A DNA stretch of 64,000 bases, taken from assembly GCA_001179505.1 (NCBI GenBank), contig CDMY01000460.1:1-64000 (forward strand), written 5' to 3'. Source of the DNA: Vitrella brassicaformis CCMP3155. Taxonomy: Eukaryota > Protista > Chromerida. Of this stretch, positions 35,189 to 47,827 are shown piece after piece. The stretch's first letter is position 1. The number at the start of each line of letters is the position of its first letter. Made by a program: the position numbers and the translations under genes. The notes below the pieces were generated by a model. It was not told the origin of the DNA, made no database searches, and saw only the letters and a list, made by a program, of their open reading frames with translations.

Positions 35189-38100
35189 TCACTCGACTTG
35201 TTGTGACGTCTGTGCGCTGGCGCCGAGCTCGCCCTCTTCTTCATCCTCTTCGTTCTCCTCCTCGCCCAGGCCGAGAATGTCCCGCGCAAAGTCGTGGGGG
35301 TTGGACACATCGGCAAACACACTGTGCACAGAAGAGTCGCCAACCAACGCCTGAAAGAACAGGGTGTACATGCACATGGAACATGTCTCTCTATGCCGCG
35401 TTCGCACCTGCAGGCAGTCCTCGAGCCCCTCAAGTGTCATTCGCTCCCCAAACTGATCCATTGCACGCATACAGAAGGATCCGTGAGAAATGACGGATGG
35501 TGAGGGCCTTGCTGACCTTGACGAGTATCTGCACGAGTCGGTCTTTGTTGACGGGCTGGCCGTCCGTCTTGAGCGCATTGAAAGCCGATGCTACCTGATC
35601 AGTCGTCACCGCAAACACCGGCCTGCATCAACAAGCACAGCAGGGGATGGAATGACTGGGCCTGTGTGTTGGTGTCTCCTCGCTGACACTCACCTATGGT
35701 TGACGTAGAGCTTGAAGAAATCGTCGAACACAATCCTGTCGACGTAGTCGCCTGCACCCAAGAGGCTCAGACAGCAGAACCCCTCCGTATTCACGTGTGA
35801 TTACGGGCTGACCTGTCTCAGCGAATTTGGAGTATTTGACTTCATTGATCATGTTCTGGATCTCCAGCTGAGTGGGGAAGTACCCGAGGGCACACATCAA
35901 GTGCGGAATCTCCTGCAGTCACAAATACAGATATGGAGGAAGAGAAAGGCTTCCGTGTCTCTCGCCTCTTCACCTCCACAGGGATGGTGCCATCGAGGCT
36001 GCGTGCTCGAGTGGTGTTTTCGTCCTGTGACCGGATCTGTGAGTAGTAGAAGTAGTCCTTCATGTCTGAATAGAACTCGCCCTGCTCGCCCCCCTCTATC
36101 AGCTTCAAGAAAGGCTCGATGCCGTTGCCCCCTACCCGCAGAATGAATACGTCTCAGCAAAGGCTACGTGGGCACGACAGGTGTTACCGAATACGGATGC
36201 CGCGGCGACGGGGCTGGGGTCCATCTTCCATTGGTTGATGGTGAGGTCAGTGCCGCCACACGTGAATGCGTGTTTGCCCTCGAAGTCGACGGCGATGGCC
36301 GCGATGTGGCCCGGCTGGGCTATCAGACCCATGCACTTGTTTGGGTTACTGACACACAGCAGGCAGCATATATACAAGTCGAGTGGATGATGGGCCAAGG
36401 GTCTCTCTCACCCATCAAGCGGCAGCTGCACCAAGCCCAGGACCTTCTCGTACGTCGAATACAGCATGAACTGCCTATCGGGGAGAAAGGCCTGACTTTG
36501 ACAGATGTGCTAGCAGGTCAAGATCTTGTTGTGGCTTACTCGGGCCCTTCCTTGTCTTTGTACACGGGAATCATCTGACACACAGGGCCACCGTATGTGG
36601 GCGCCAGCGCTGTCTGCAAGCCAAGTCCAACACACACAAGACGCACATGACATGATGCCCGGCAAAGGCTGCCTCCGATGTCCTGCCAGCCACCTTTCTG
36701 CATGTCTTGTGTGTGGCGTTCCAGACTTTGAATTTGTACTCGTCGTTGAGTGTCAGCACATTGGCATTGTCGACCTTGCTGCCGTACGGGTACCACACGC
36801 AGCCGGTTGGCCTTGCCTCCTGCTCCACCTGTGTCACCATGGCGATCTGCAGCCCCGTCCACTCAGTGGAACTCTTGACATTGTACTCGACCAGACGGCG
36901 GTCCTCGCCTATAGAAAATAACCTGCATAGAGAGAGACACGAGAGACACGCCGTAGATGTGCGCGTGTGATGCATCTGATGTACCTGTGTTTGTCGCTTT
37001 CTGGTCCTGAGAAAGAGAGGCCGACAATGGGACGCCAATGCGACCGGTGCTTGCCTGCGCAGAGGAGGGATAAGGAAAGGCAGGACATACGGACGATACG
37101 ATGTCCTCTCATCTCACCCGAGAACATCCACTCGAGTGGGTAGTTGCGATCATTGTGCCGATGACCGTGCCTGAATACACATCAGCAATACGGCCGTGAG
37201 GCAGTGCAGTCAGGTGTGCCATTCACCTGTATAGACACACACATCTGTCGTGATGGGACACGGCAAGGTGAGTCGAATCGGGGCTAAACGCCAGCTGACC
37301 GGACACACATATACAAGGGCGCCATCAGTGTACGCTGTCATGTTTCCTGCGTCTTGTCAGCCCGCATGCATACGTGTGTGGCACATTCCTTAGAGTCTCG
37401 GACCGACACTGACTCTGACAGGTCATCCGACTTCAGAATCTTCACGGTACCGTTCGTGAAACCTGCACAGCAAACAAGGTGTCATCGACCCGCGGCGCAT
37501 ATCAACTGGGCAGACCAACTGGGCAGCTCACCAACGGCGAGCAGCTTTCCATTTGGTGAGAACTCCAGTGTGTGCGGCACCAGCTTCTCGAATATCTTGA
37601 CCAGATGCAGCGACCGAGACTGGTAGTTCCACAGGTGGACAAAACCTTCGACCAGCCACACAGCACCCCAGGTGGTGTCATCGAAATGCCAGGGCTTTTT
37701 CCTTCACACCACACCCGAGTATCCGCAGACAGCAAGGAGGGGCAGGGCGGGATGACAGGAGAGGCCAAACACGGGCGAGTCCAGACCCTGCAGAACCAGA
37801 CGACCTCTGAGAAAGGAGGGATGAGTGGCCGGCGACAGTCGGACATGGAGCCAACAGATGCCTGGCTCACCTTCTATCATCTGCGGAGAGCTCGTAGAAC
37901 AGGTGAGAGTCCACCTGATGGTCGGACAAGACAGAAGCAACCACTCCGTACCAGCCAAGCGTGTCTCCGTTACTGTCTACCAGCACGACAAGAGCTGATG
38001 CAGTCGACACCAGAAAGGACGCACAGCGGAACTCCTCATCCTTTGAACCAGTGTCTACATTTGTACACAGCCAACTACACAATGCAGCGAGCTCGACACT

Positions 38101-39901
38101 CCATGCTTCCTTACCTTCTTCCTCCGCTGCTTCGAAGGACAGGGCCTTCACCGACCCCTGAATTGCACATCATAGCGTTTTGCACCATCGGCGAATCCCA
38201 ACTTTTTAGTGTGCGAGTCTACCGCCGAAAGGTCTTCAAACCAGGCCTGGATACGGAACTGGTAGTCGTAAAACCTTCAACCACACATGTCAAATTCATA
38301 AAGGAAGAGCTGATGCGATCGTGTCGTACCTGACGGCGCCATCTGCGGCTCCGATGACAACGAAAGGTGTGTGGACGAGCAGCACATTGAGGGCCACATC
38401 GGGGCACAGCTTGACTATCTTGACCGCTCGCCGCTCGTCGGGACGACTCAACCTGAACGCGTAATGCAGCACTGCACTGCAGTTGTCCTATGTCGCCCAT
38501 GTGTGTGATGATCACCCGTCGACAATCAGGCTGAGGTCCCAGATGACCACATCGCCGTCATAAGTACCTGCAGACGGTATTCAAGAAGGGCGGACGGATG
38601 CACAGAAAAGGCGAATTGCCCACCGGTGGCAGCCTGGGTGGAGTTGGGGAGAAAGATGGTCTGCGTGTAGTCAGCCACTCTTTGCTTGAAGTCCCCGGCC
38701 GACAGAGCGGGCGAGTAGAACTGGAATGGCTGCCCCGCGTCCCAAGTCCAGAAGAACACTCTCCTGCGACCGTTGGTGGCCAGCTCGTGGATGTCCCAAG
38801 CATTGAAGAGTATGCACGTCTGTATGTCCTGCGTGCCGATCACCGCACTGCACAAGGGAGCCGAGCTGCGAAAGCACGGGAAGGGAAGTGGCATATGGGC
38901 ACCCCGATGGTCGTGTCTCTGTCTTGATGGGTACGGACCTTCCAGATGACCAGTCCCAGACAGCGATGCTTTGGCACTCAGGGTTGCCGTCGGCTGATGT
39001 CGAAGCAGGGCCCGGCAGCGCAGCCATCGACTTCTTGGTACTCCCTTCCTCCGTCTGCGACTTCTGACATGGAGAGAGGCCAGAACCCTACAAAGAGAGA
39101 AAGCCTGTGTGTCCAGGAGCAATGCTCACCTCTGGCGATGCCGTCGGTCCCTTGGTTGTGGATCCTCCGGCCGGTGCCGGCACCGGGGCCGACAGCGTCA
39201 CTATGAACTTGGAATCGGGGGTAATGTCTAGCGCTATCGCGCCTGCAGTCGTCGCGTCCAATCACATCAGTGACGTGTGGGCCATTCCGTATGTGTTCTG
39301 CACTGACCGTTGGGATGTGGGTCGAGTATGGTTTTCATCGGCGTAGCTGATACGCGATCCCACACGACGAGCAGGCTATCGCTGCCCGCGTCCGCTGTGA
39401 TGAGCCACTTGCGGTCACGAGAGACGGCCGTGGCCATGATGGGGTTCACCTGACACACATGACACCAACAGACAAGACATATGTGTGAAGGTTTACAAGC
39501 AATGGACATGTGTGTGCACTGCCTACGTGTCCCTGTAAGAGGCGCTGCTCTCCTGTGTTGTAGTTGAAGATAACACCGGTGTGTGCTGCCGCATAAAACA
39601 TTTCCTGAACCACGCGATGGCCAAGCCATTCCCGAGGTGTCTTTGCAATGAGGGCCCTGATACCGTGGCGTCCATCTTGGGATCTGTGAGGTTGTGCACA
39701 CCGCCGATGATGTCCTTGTTCAGCCCGAGGCTCCAGTGCAGAGACTGACAGACAAACACAGATAGATAGACAGACGGACAGACATATGCAGAACAGAGAG
39801 AAGTTGTGCCCTACCAGCGCCACAGAGTCAGCTACCGATGGCCCCAGCTCATCCGCTCCCCTCTCAGGGTCACGGGTAAATGCCTCGGGCTGAGGATCCA
39901 T
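35189..39901 (-). CDS. CFAP251: Cilia- and flagella-associated protein 251 (WDR66): WD40 repeats + EF-hand-like C-terminus
   Basis: LHWSLGLN, YAAAHTGVIFNY...LLQGH, ELATNGRRRVFFW, FTCGGTDLTINQW, DMKDYFYYSQIRSQ, LGYFPTQLEIQNMINEVKYS and FDDFFKLYVNHRP. Confidence 0.88.
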
Positions 39902-40169
39902 CGCAGACCACGCTCAGAGTTGTCAGGCCGTCTGAGAAAACGTCAGCGAAGTCTGAGGTTGCAGGGGCAGCTCAAAGCGGGTCTGCACACAGACGGGAAC
40001 ACTCAGTTTGGCAGCGCCTTTAGGAGCTGCGAGCTCGTGGATGGGGGCGGCCCACAGAGACTGCGATCCGGACTCGGAGAAGCTGACTGACAGCGTCAGA
40101 TTGAGGGTGCCACGTGCCATTTGCACTGCCGTTCAAAGTCATCATATATCACTGGCACGGAGAAAAGCG

Positions 40170-42999
40170 ATGGCGGCCTTCACCAATCGTTTCCTCTTCC
40201 CCGCGCCGCCACCAACCTACAACGCTGACCACTTCAATGACAACCTGTGCTGGGTCCCATGGTGAGAGGCCAACACCCCTTCCATCCATCCATCAGATAC
40301 GTGATGCTATCTCTTCTTGATCCTGCAGGAACCCAGCTGTCGGTCCGCTCGCCAAGTACGTTGCTCTGCATCACCCGGAGAATGCAGATGGGATCCCGTG
40401 CCTGTGGTTCCCAGCAGAAAGGTCAGCACTGATGGCCCATGCCAACATGCAGACAGATGGGCACTCGGGCTTGACCGTTCCTCTTGCTCAGGGCCGCGAC
40501 GGTTGTGATGTTTCTTCACGGCAATGCTGAGGACCTGGGGCTCTGCTACCCCTTCCTCAGGCACATGAGGGACCAATTCAAGGTGCAACGCAAGACACAC
40601 ACAGTCGCATGACGCACCTCATCTTGCGTGAACCTGATTGGGTTCCGCCAGGTGAATGTGTTGTCCTGTGAGTACCCTGCCTACGGGCTGCTCAAAAACC
40701 TCTCGCCGTCGCCCGATGCCGTCAACGAGGTCAAAAAGCACGAAGAAGTGAGAATAGAGGCTCCTCAGATCCCTTGTTCTGCTATTTGTAGGTCGTGACG
40801 ACAGTGTTGCGGTATCTGGTGGACACGGTGGGCGTCGCCTACCCCCAAATATTCTTCTTCGGAAGATCTATCGGTAGGCGTAAGCGCGAGGAGAAGAGCA
40901 CAAAGGAAACATCATGTGACCTGTCAGGCTCTGGCCCGGCCGTACATGTCGCCTCTCGCTACCCTGTCGGAGGCCTGATCTTGGTAGGCAGAGACATACA
41001 CACAAATCTGGACCCGTTCATGTGTGATACTGACTGGCAGGTGTCGCCCTTCACATCGATCCGCGATGCTGTCAAGAGTATCGTGGGTACACAGCAACAA
41101 ATGACAATGCCACACTGCCATTCGCAGCTCTTGTGCATGTGCTTCCTGTCAGGGCCGATTCCGTCGCTTTTCTTCCAGGACCGGTTCGTCAATAGCAAGC
41201 TAATCCAGGTAAGTGGCTTGATGGACAGAGACACTCGAAGAAAAGAAGCACCTGTTCGTTTTCTCGCAGAATGTGTCGTGTCCCACTCTGTTCATCCACG
41301 GCGAGTGCGACTACCTCATCCCTCTCTCACACTCAGAGGAGGTCGGCTGGGCCCAGAAGAAGAGACGTGAGACACTCATGGAGACATCTGTATGCTTTCA
41401 TCAGCTCCACAGCCGTTGTCGGTCCAAGAAGCTTCTAGTGTGCCCCCCACACATGGAGCACAACTCAAATCTCTTTTGTGACGCCGAATTCCTAGCCATA
41501 CCGGTGAGGAAGACACCTATGCACCGGTAGATAAAGCAGTGCAGCGCCTTACCTTTATCGCATCTCAGGTGATCAACTTCTTTGGTTTCCCCGGATATGC
41601 GATCGACAACCCACCACGCTTACCCGAGCACATCTTCAGGGCCGGGTGAGGAGCCCTTGGGAGGAAGGGGTCTGGATGGATGCAGATTGTCAGCACCTTG
41701 TGCCTCGTTTACTCTCGACAGGAAGAAACAGGTCAAGTTGACGGTTGACCCGTCTTCGTTCGTCCCGTGGGTCTGCAGAAACGGCAAGAGGGTAAGAAAT
41801 GCCCACCGCTCAGGCACACTGACAGCGCTGATGGCCACCCTGTTTGTGGTGCCTGTTCTCAGATGCAAAATGACGAATTCGAAGTTCCTCTACGCCACTC
41901 TTCAAAAAGTGTGAACGAAACGGAACATTGTTGCACCGCCGAGCGTGACGTATGCGCCTTCCTTGATGTGTCTCGTGCAGGCGTCAGCTCTCAGCACCCG
42001 TCTGTCTCCTGCGAGGCCATGCGCTTTCCGCCGTGTCCACCGCAGCCACCATGCAATCACCTCACACACGAGGGAGAGGAAGACTTCTCCGGTATGTACC
42101 CACATCAGTGTCTCCTACTGACAATCACCTCTGTCGGTGTGTGCAGGTGAGTTCGACCGGTTGGTGTCGTCTGACAGCCTAGCCTCGGATTGGGACGACA
42201 TCCTGCCGGTAGAGGAAGAGAGAGACAGTGCACACATACCTGGAGACAGCGGCCAGTATGCACACAGACGGTGAGGACGCAGTGTACCGACGCACCGATC
42301 GGCACCCACACCAATGTCTGCATGGGCGTCTTGTGTGGGTGCAGAGCGGTGTGTTCGTACCCTGATGGGAACGGCAAAGGTCTGGGTGGTGATGTACTGC
42401 CGCGGCCACCCACCGGCAGCAACATGAGCGATGCGCTTACGAGAAATGACTCCAATGCTGACAGAATACGAGGTGACGACGACATACGACATGGACGGCA
42501 CAGCAGCTTGTATGCGTGTTAATGGCATTCAATTGCCTGTAGATGAGGATTCTTTCAACTCGCTTGATTTCTGGGAAGGGGACCTACACACGCCAGAAGA
42601 AGCGTCCTTGAGGTGAGAAAACGGAGACACCACCCAAATTCTGGGCATTCATCCCCGATGATGCCCGTTTATCTATTCAGGCAGTCGCTGCCGCCCTCAG
42701 CGCCTCCGAAGCGGTTCCAAGAGGCCACGTCCATTTCATGGCCACCATCAAGAAGGCAGAAACTCTCACCAAAAAACGCGCCCGTCAACACGTCCCTCCT
42801 GGTCGACGACGTGTTCCTCCCCCCGTCCCGCTCCCTCCCCGAGCCGCTTCGCCAGCCATCGCTCTGCCCGCAGAGGCGCTTCTCTCCCCCACCCTCTGTG
42901 TCGCTTGCGTCGTCGGACTCGGTTGATGAGGCTGTGTGGGCGGATGTCGTGCTGGCCGGCCACATTGGGGCGAGGAACGTCCCGAGAAGAGTCAGATAG
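40170..42999 (+). CDS. Alpha/beta hydrolase, ABHD17-like, with low-complexity C-terminal tail
   Basis: FLFPAPPPTY, VMFFHGNAEDLG, EYPAYG, nucleophile GRSIG, LVSPFTSIR, TLFIHGECD and His region PHMEHN. Confidence 0.88.
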
Positions 43000-43189
43000 G
43001 ATGGATTGAGTGCATTGCTCTTGCACGTGTGGACATGTGCGTGTGCGTATGCGTGCGCGTGTGCGTGTGCGTGCGCGTGTGCCCTGTTGTTGTCAATGCA
43101 ATGCCTCCATCCCCCCAAGCTCCCCTCAATTTTCGAGCTCCAGCCGGGATGTAAATGCATCGATAAATCGGGGAGGAATGGCGGGTCAA

Positions 43190-44255
43190 CGGATGGTTCC
43201 GGATCCACCGTTTTGGCTGCCCAGTAGTCTGGCTGATATGTGGCGTGACCTCAAGTCGCTGGAGCTCAATCGAGAGTTCATTGCCTTCCTCGAGGACTCG
43301 GGCTACCCGCCGATGGCCAAGCATGTGCGCGACTGGCTGCTGTTCATGATCATTGTAAGGAGCCAACACACGCACACATGATGAATGGAGAGATCTGGCG
43401 CAACTGGTCTGCAGAAGAGCCGGGAGGGGGACGGCGATGTGAAGACGATGTTGCCTGACCATCTGCTGGTGGTGTGGAACGCTGGCAAGATCCACACCGG
43501 CTACTACTACGAGGCCCTTCCTCGCGCACTCGGCATAAGCCGCTTCATCCCGCAGTAAGGACGCTATACTGAGAGCAGCTTCATCTCTTCGACGTTTGGA
43601 TGCATGGATCATTCAGTTCTCGTTGGGCGGAGGAGCGTCTGCCAGATGAGGAGAAGATGGCACGTCGGGAGGCGGCCCTGACCGCATTCAAGTCCACCTA
43701 CGGCCGCGACTATGTTCCGTAAGCTCCTCCTCTCTCTCTCGATGGCGAATGTGTGGTTTGTACAGGAGTGAGGGTGCCGCTGAGGTGTTCGTCACGCAGC
43801 GTTCCTGGAGTCCATCGAGCCCCGCAAGGCATCGAGCAAGGGCACCACCAGGTCACACGCACAGCAGACACCGATGTACGGATGGATGAATGGATGGATG
43901 CATGGATTGCACTGTGCTGCGTGCAGCTACATCCTGCGGGATCGGGTGCCATTCACTTGGATCAACGTCAAGACACTGTCTGGTGAGCGTGTGTTGGTGC
44001 ACGCGCTCCCAGAGGCCACCGTGGCCGAGGTCAAGTTCGCCGTCTTCGAGGTCAATCGCGTCCCCGTGCACAAAATGCGGCTCGTGCATGCGGGCAGGCA
44101 GCTTCAGGACCACAGACTGCTATCTGACTACGCTGCGCGTGTGGGACAACTGCACGCATAACCGACTCTCGTCTGTCTGTCTGTCTGTCTGTATGTGGGT
44201 GCTTGCAGGTGTTACTTCGCAAGAATGCCTGTTTCATCTGATTGTGCGCGAGTGA
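43190..44255 (+). CDS. Protein with VRDWLLxMI motif and C-terminal ubiquitin-like domain
   Basis: Exons ...YPPMAKHVRDWLLFMII|KSREG...; INVKTLSGERVLVHALPEATVAEVKFAV...MRLVHAGRQLQDHRLLSDY. Confidence 0.65.
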
Positions 44256-44400
44256 GGCCCGCCTCATAAGTTGTCTTTACTGACCGGCGTATGCACACAG
44301 AGAGACCCACAGACGGCCCACGTCATTCATTATGTATGTATGTACACACACACACGTCCATTCATCCATCGACAACCCCCCCCTATACTACCAACGCCAT

Positions 44401-47316
44401 CTAGTCAACAGAGCGATAGTCGACCCGTTCTGGACATTGCACTCCTCCATCGTCTCCGTGTCGAGCGGCCTGCAGCAAGCCATGCACACAACGTGCCACC
44501 TCCCACCGGATGCCGTGCAGTCGGTTGGCATACATTCTCCTGTTGATGACGCAGTACATCCACGGCTCGGTGATGGGAATTCCTGTGCGTCTGCGGATGG
44601 CCAGCTTCACCTCATACACAGTGGCACTGGGTCGCACCAGAAACTCGCCCTTCGTGCCAGTACATGTGGCCGCACGCACGAGCAAGTACTCCACTCCTGG
44701 CGTCTTCCACCTGACGCACGACACGCAGAAACGCATGACATTGATCAGCATGGCTTTGTTTTTTTTGGCGTACCGCTCATGGGCGGCGGGCAGGGCGTAT
44801 TTGAGGCGTGCTTCGCTTGCCCGCCTCTCTTCTGCAGTGCGCTCTTCGTCGACCGAAAGATCCCTGCAGACGAAAACGTAAACAGGGGAGGCAATGCGTC
44901 CAGCCCTCATGTCCTCTTTCTCTGGTCAGGCAGTTTAGCTGACGAGAAGTATTCGAAGCCCAGGATGTCCTTGAACACCATCCGATCCGCCTCCACGCTA
45001 CCATCATCCTCTCTCTTGAATTGCTCACACGGCAGGATGGCCACCCGGAACGATACGCTGCGCAAAATATATACAATGGACCACCAATGTGGCGTCTGTC
45101 TGTCTGTCTGTCGAGTCTTTCCCTCACGTACTGAATAGGTGCTTCTCGCATGCCGATGACGCGACACACCTCGCTGTAGAGGTCAGGATGCTGCAACACC
45201 GCACGCGATACCTGCAACGAAAAGTACAGATGCCGGCTGCCCTTCTCTCTTTTCGATTCTCGTCACCATGCGTACCGCTTCGAGATGCCAAGGCAGGTCA
45301 ATCCTTCTACACTGAGCCGCCTGCAAGTGAGAAGAACCGGCAACACACGCCGCAGGCAAACAGATAGACGTTCACCCTTCACCCACCCATCCCGCCTTAC
45401 AACGATCATCCAAAGGAGCCAGTCTCGGACAGCCAATCTGGCATCGTAGTAGCCACGGTAGCGGACCTGCTTGCTCACGGCAATGAGGACATCTCCCCAC
45501 GGCAGCTGACCGAGTGACTGCCACACGCGCGTCAGGTGCTGAGGGAGGGGCTGCTGGACGGGTGCGATGCTGAGTAGTGGCACCACGGCCGTGCGGAAGG
45601 CGGCGATGTCGGCCTGGTTGTCACACACGTGGTCAGATGCCATCAGGCAGGAGAGGGTGTGATCGTCGAAAGCCGTCACGTTGGGGGCCAGTGCGGGCAG
45701 CCAGTGTCCTACAATGCCGTGTAGACGGTCACTCGAGGAATCGGTGAGGCACTGGAGCAGCCGCTCACTCACTCGGCGATCTAACGCACTGCAACAGACA
45801 CAAGGAAAGAGACCAAGTGAGTGGACCTGAAGAGGGCCCGTCAGCACATATCGCACCTACCATGCCATGTCCTTGAGCTTCCCCCAGCTCCGCTCCACGG
45901 CGCATTTGCGCAGGTAGTGCAGCGCGATCTCACACATCGGCAACACGCTCGCCTGCACCCGCACCACCACGTCGGCCAGCGTCTTGTCACTCACACCCCT
46001 CGCTGACAGCTCCGCTGGAGGAAGGTTGGGGGCTGTCAGCCTGAGCCGGGTGTGCGTCATGCTGCCGAGCGCCACCAAACCGAAGGCCCTGAGTGGTGAC
46101 TGCGGCAGCTTGTCGCCAATGCTGCAAATCGGGTCAGGCGCTCCATCGACGTACACGGTCGCTGTTGCCGCGAAGCAGCGGACGAATGCACCGCCCCCGA
46201 CCTGCCCGCGGACAGTTGCTCTGGCCTGCTGCTCGACGCTCACGCGCACGGCCCACTCGGTCACGTCGGAAAGCCGTGACTCCGATGTGCACGTGAACGG
46301 CTGGACGGACACGTCAGTGACGAAGCGGCTGTCGGATATCTCGTCGGGGTCGCTCATGGAATGGTCGAAGGGGCGGGTGGTGATATCTCCGAGAAGCTCC
46401 TGCTCAAACACGCGACCTGCATGCGCCAAAACCAAAATGCCTGCATCCCACCGCACCTTGCCAGCTCATTCCAATCACTCACCCAGCGCTTGTTTGACGT
46501 CCTGCGATCCAGTGGCTTCGGTAAGGAAAGTCGCGAGGTCGCTGCTGGAGGGGTCCATGACGCCGCTGGACATCTGGCGACTCACTCCCTCCACCAGGTC
46601 ACGCACACACTGGTGGGAGTCAGGCTCAGACGAGGGGGTGCTGATGTCTTTGATGATGCGGGGACGGGCGAACAGGCAGCTGCAGAGCGCGTCGAGCAGG
46701 CCTGCGTCCTCCTGGATGAGGCGCGTGACGACTGGTGCGGTGGGGATCTGCTTGAGCACCAACACGGAGAAGTCAACGTCGTCGCACCAACGCGAATCTA
46801 CTACCTGAGCGAACGAACGAGCAAACATCCAATCGGTTGGCCAATGCGTATCACAGTCAGTCATGTCAAGCCCTTTCCCACCTTGGCTGCGATTTGCTTG
46901 AGCAGATCATTGAGGCTCTCCCTGTTGTCAGCAGACTGGTCGTGGTCGGCGCCGAAGCCCAGGAAGTCGATGACTGCCAGCACATCGATAAGGTTGCCCG
47001 AAGTCACCCCCTGCACGATGGCCGACGCCGGGCGCTGCAGCACCACCGCCGCCACATCACGAGTGACGCCCTCGAGGATGCTCAAGCCGCCACCATCGGC
47101 ACCACAGTCCAATGCAGCACTCTGCGGACAAGGCACAGACAGTGAAGAACCAAGATCTGTGAGCTGTCCGTTGCTCGTGCTTTCTCTCCTCACCTCGTAG
47201 AAGTTGCATTGGCTGCGGAAGTACTGGAACTGCAGCAGCACGCTCCTATGTACAGGAATGCTGCTGGAGCCGTCTGCCGCCTGAAACACCAGAGTGACGA
47301 ACCCGTCTTCTTCCAT
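44401..47316 (-). CDS. BTB/POZ-domain protein with VRDWLLxMI motif and C-terminal ubiquitin-like segment
   Basis: N-terminus IPVHRSVLLQFQYFRS...NLIDVLAVIDFLG (BTB); YYDARLAVRDWLLWMIV|; LLVRAATCTGTKGEFLVRPSATVYEVKLAIRRRTGIP (Ubl-like). Confidence 0.65.
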
Positions 47317-47827
47317 GGATGCCGGCTGCTGAATCAACGCTTGCTGCCGACCAGCAGCTTCCAGGGAAGAATGGTGTTGCTCATCGGGCTTGAATCCATC
47401 GCTTGCTCAGCTTCCGCGATCCGGCCTCCTTCACCGGAGCAAGCATTCTCGAAAGAAAGGAGGCCAGTGGGCACCGTAGAGCTCCCGGACGGCCCATGCA
47501 TCATGTGTGGATTGGCGATGGCCGTGGTCGACTGACGTATCCAGAGCCTCAGATACTCACCGCTGGTAGGCTTTGCTGATGACACAGTCATTACGTGGTC
47601 ATCTCATTTCATTGTTGCTGTGCTTTGCCTCAATGACAGCAGATAGCCCCGACGAGTGGCCAATGCATCCCTCCCTCGTGTGCAGATGAGTGGCCAGACG
47701 GGGGCGGCCAAGCAGGATACTCTGTCACTGACTGACCCATACCTGTCCATCACATCGCCTGGTGAGCAAGGACAGACCCGCTGCCATCACACCATCACAC
47801 ATGTGCTTTGTCTTCAGCCTTGGTACA

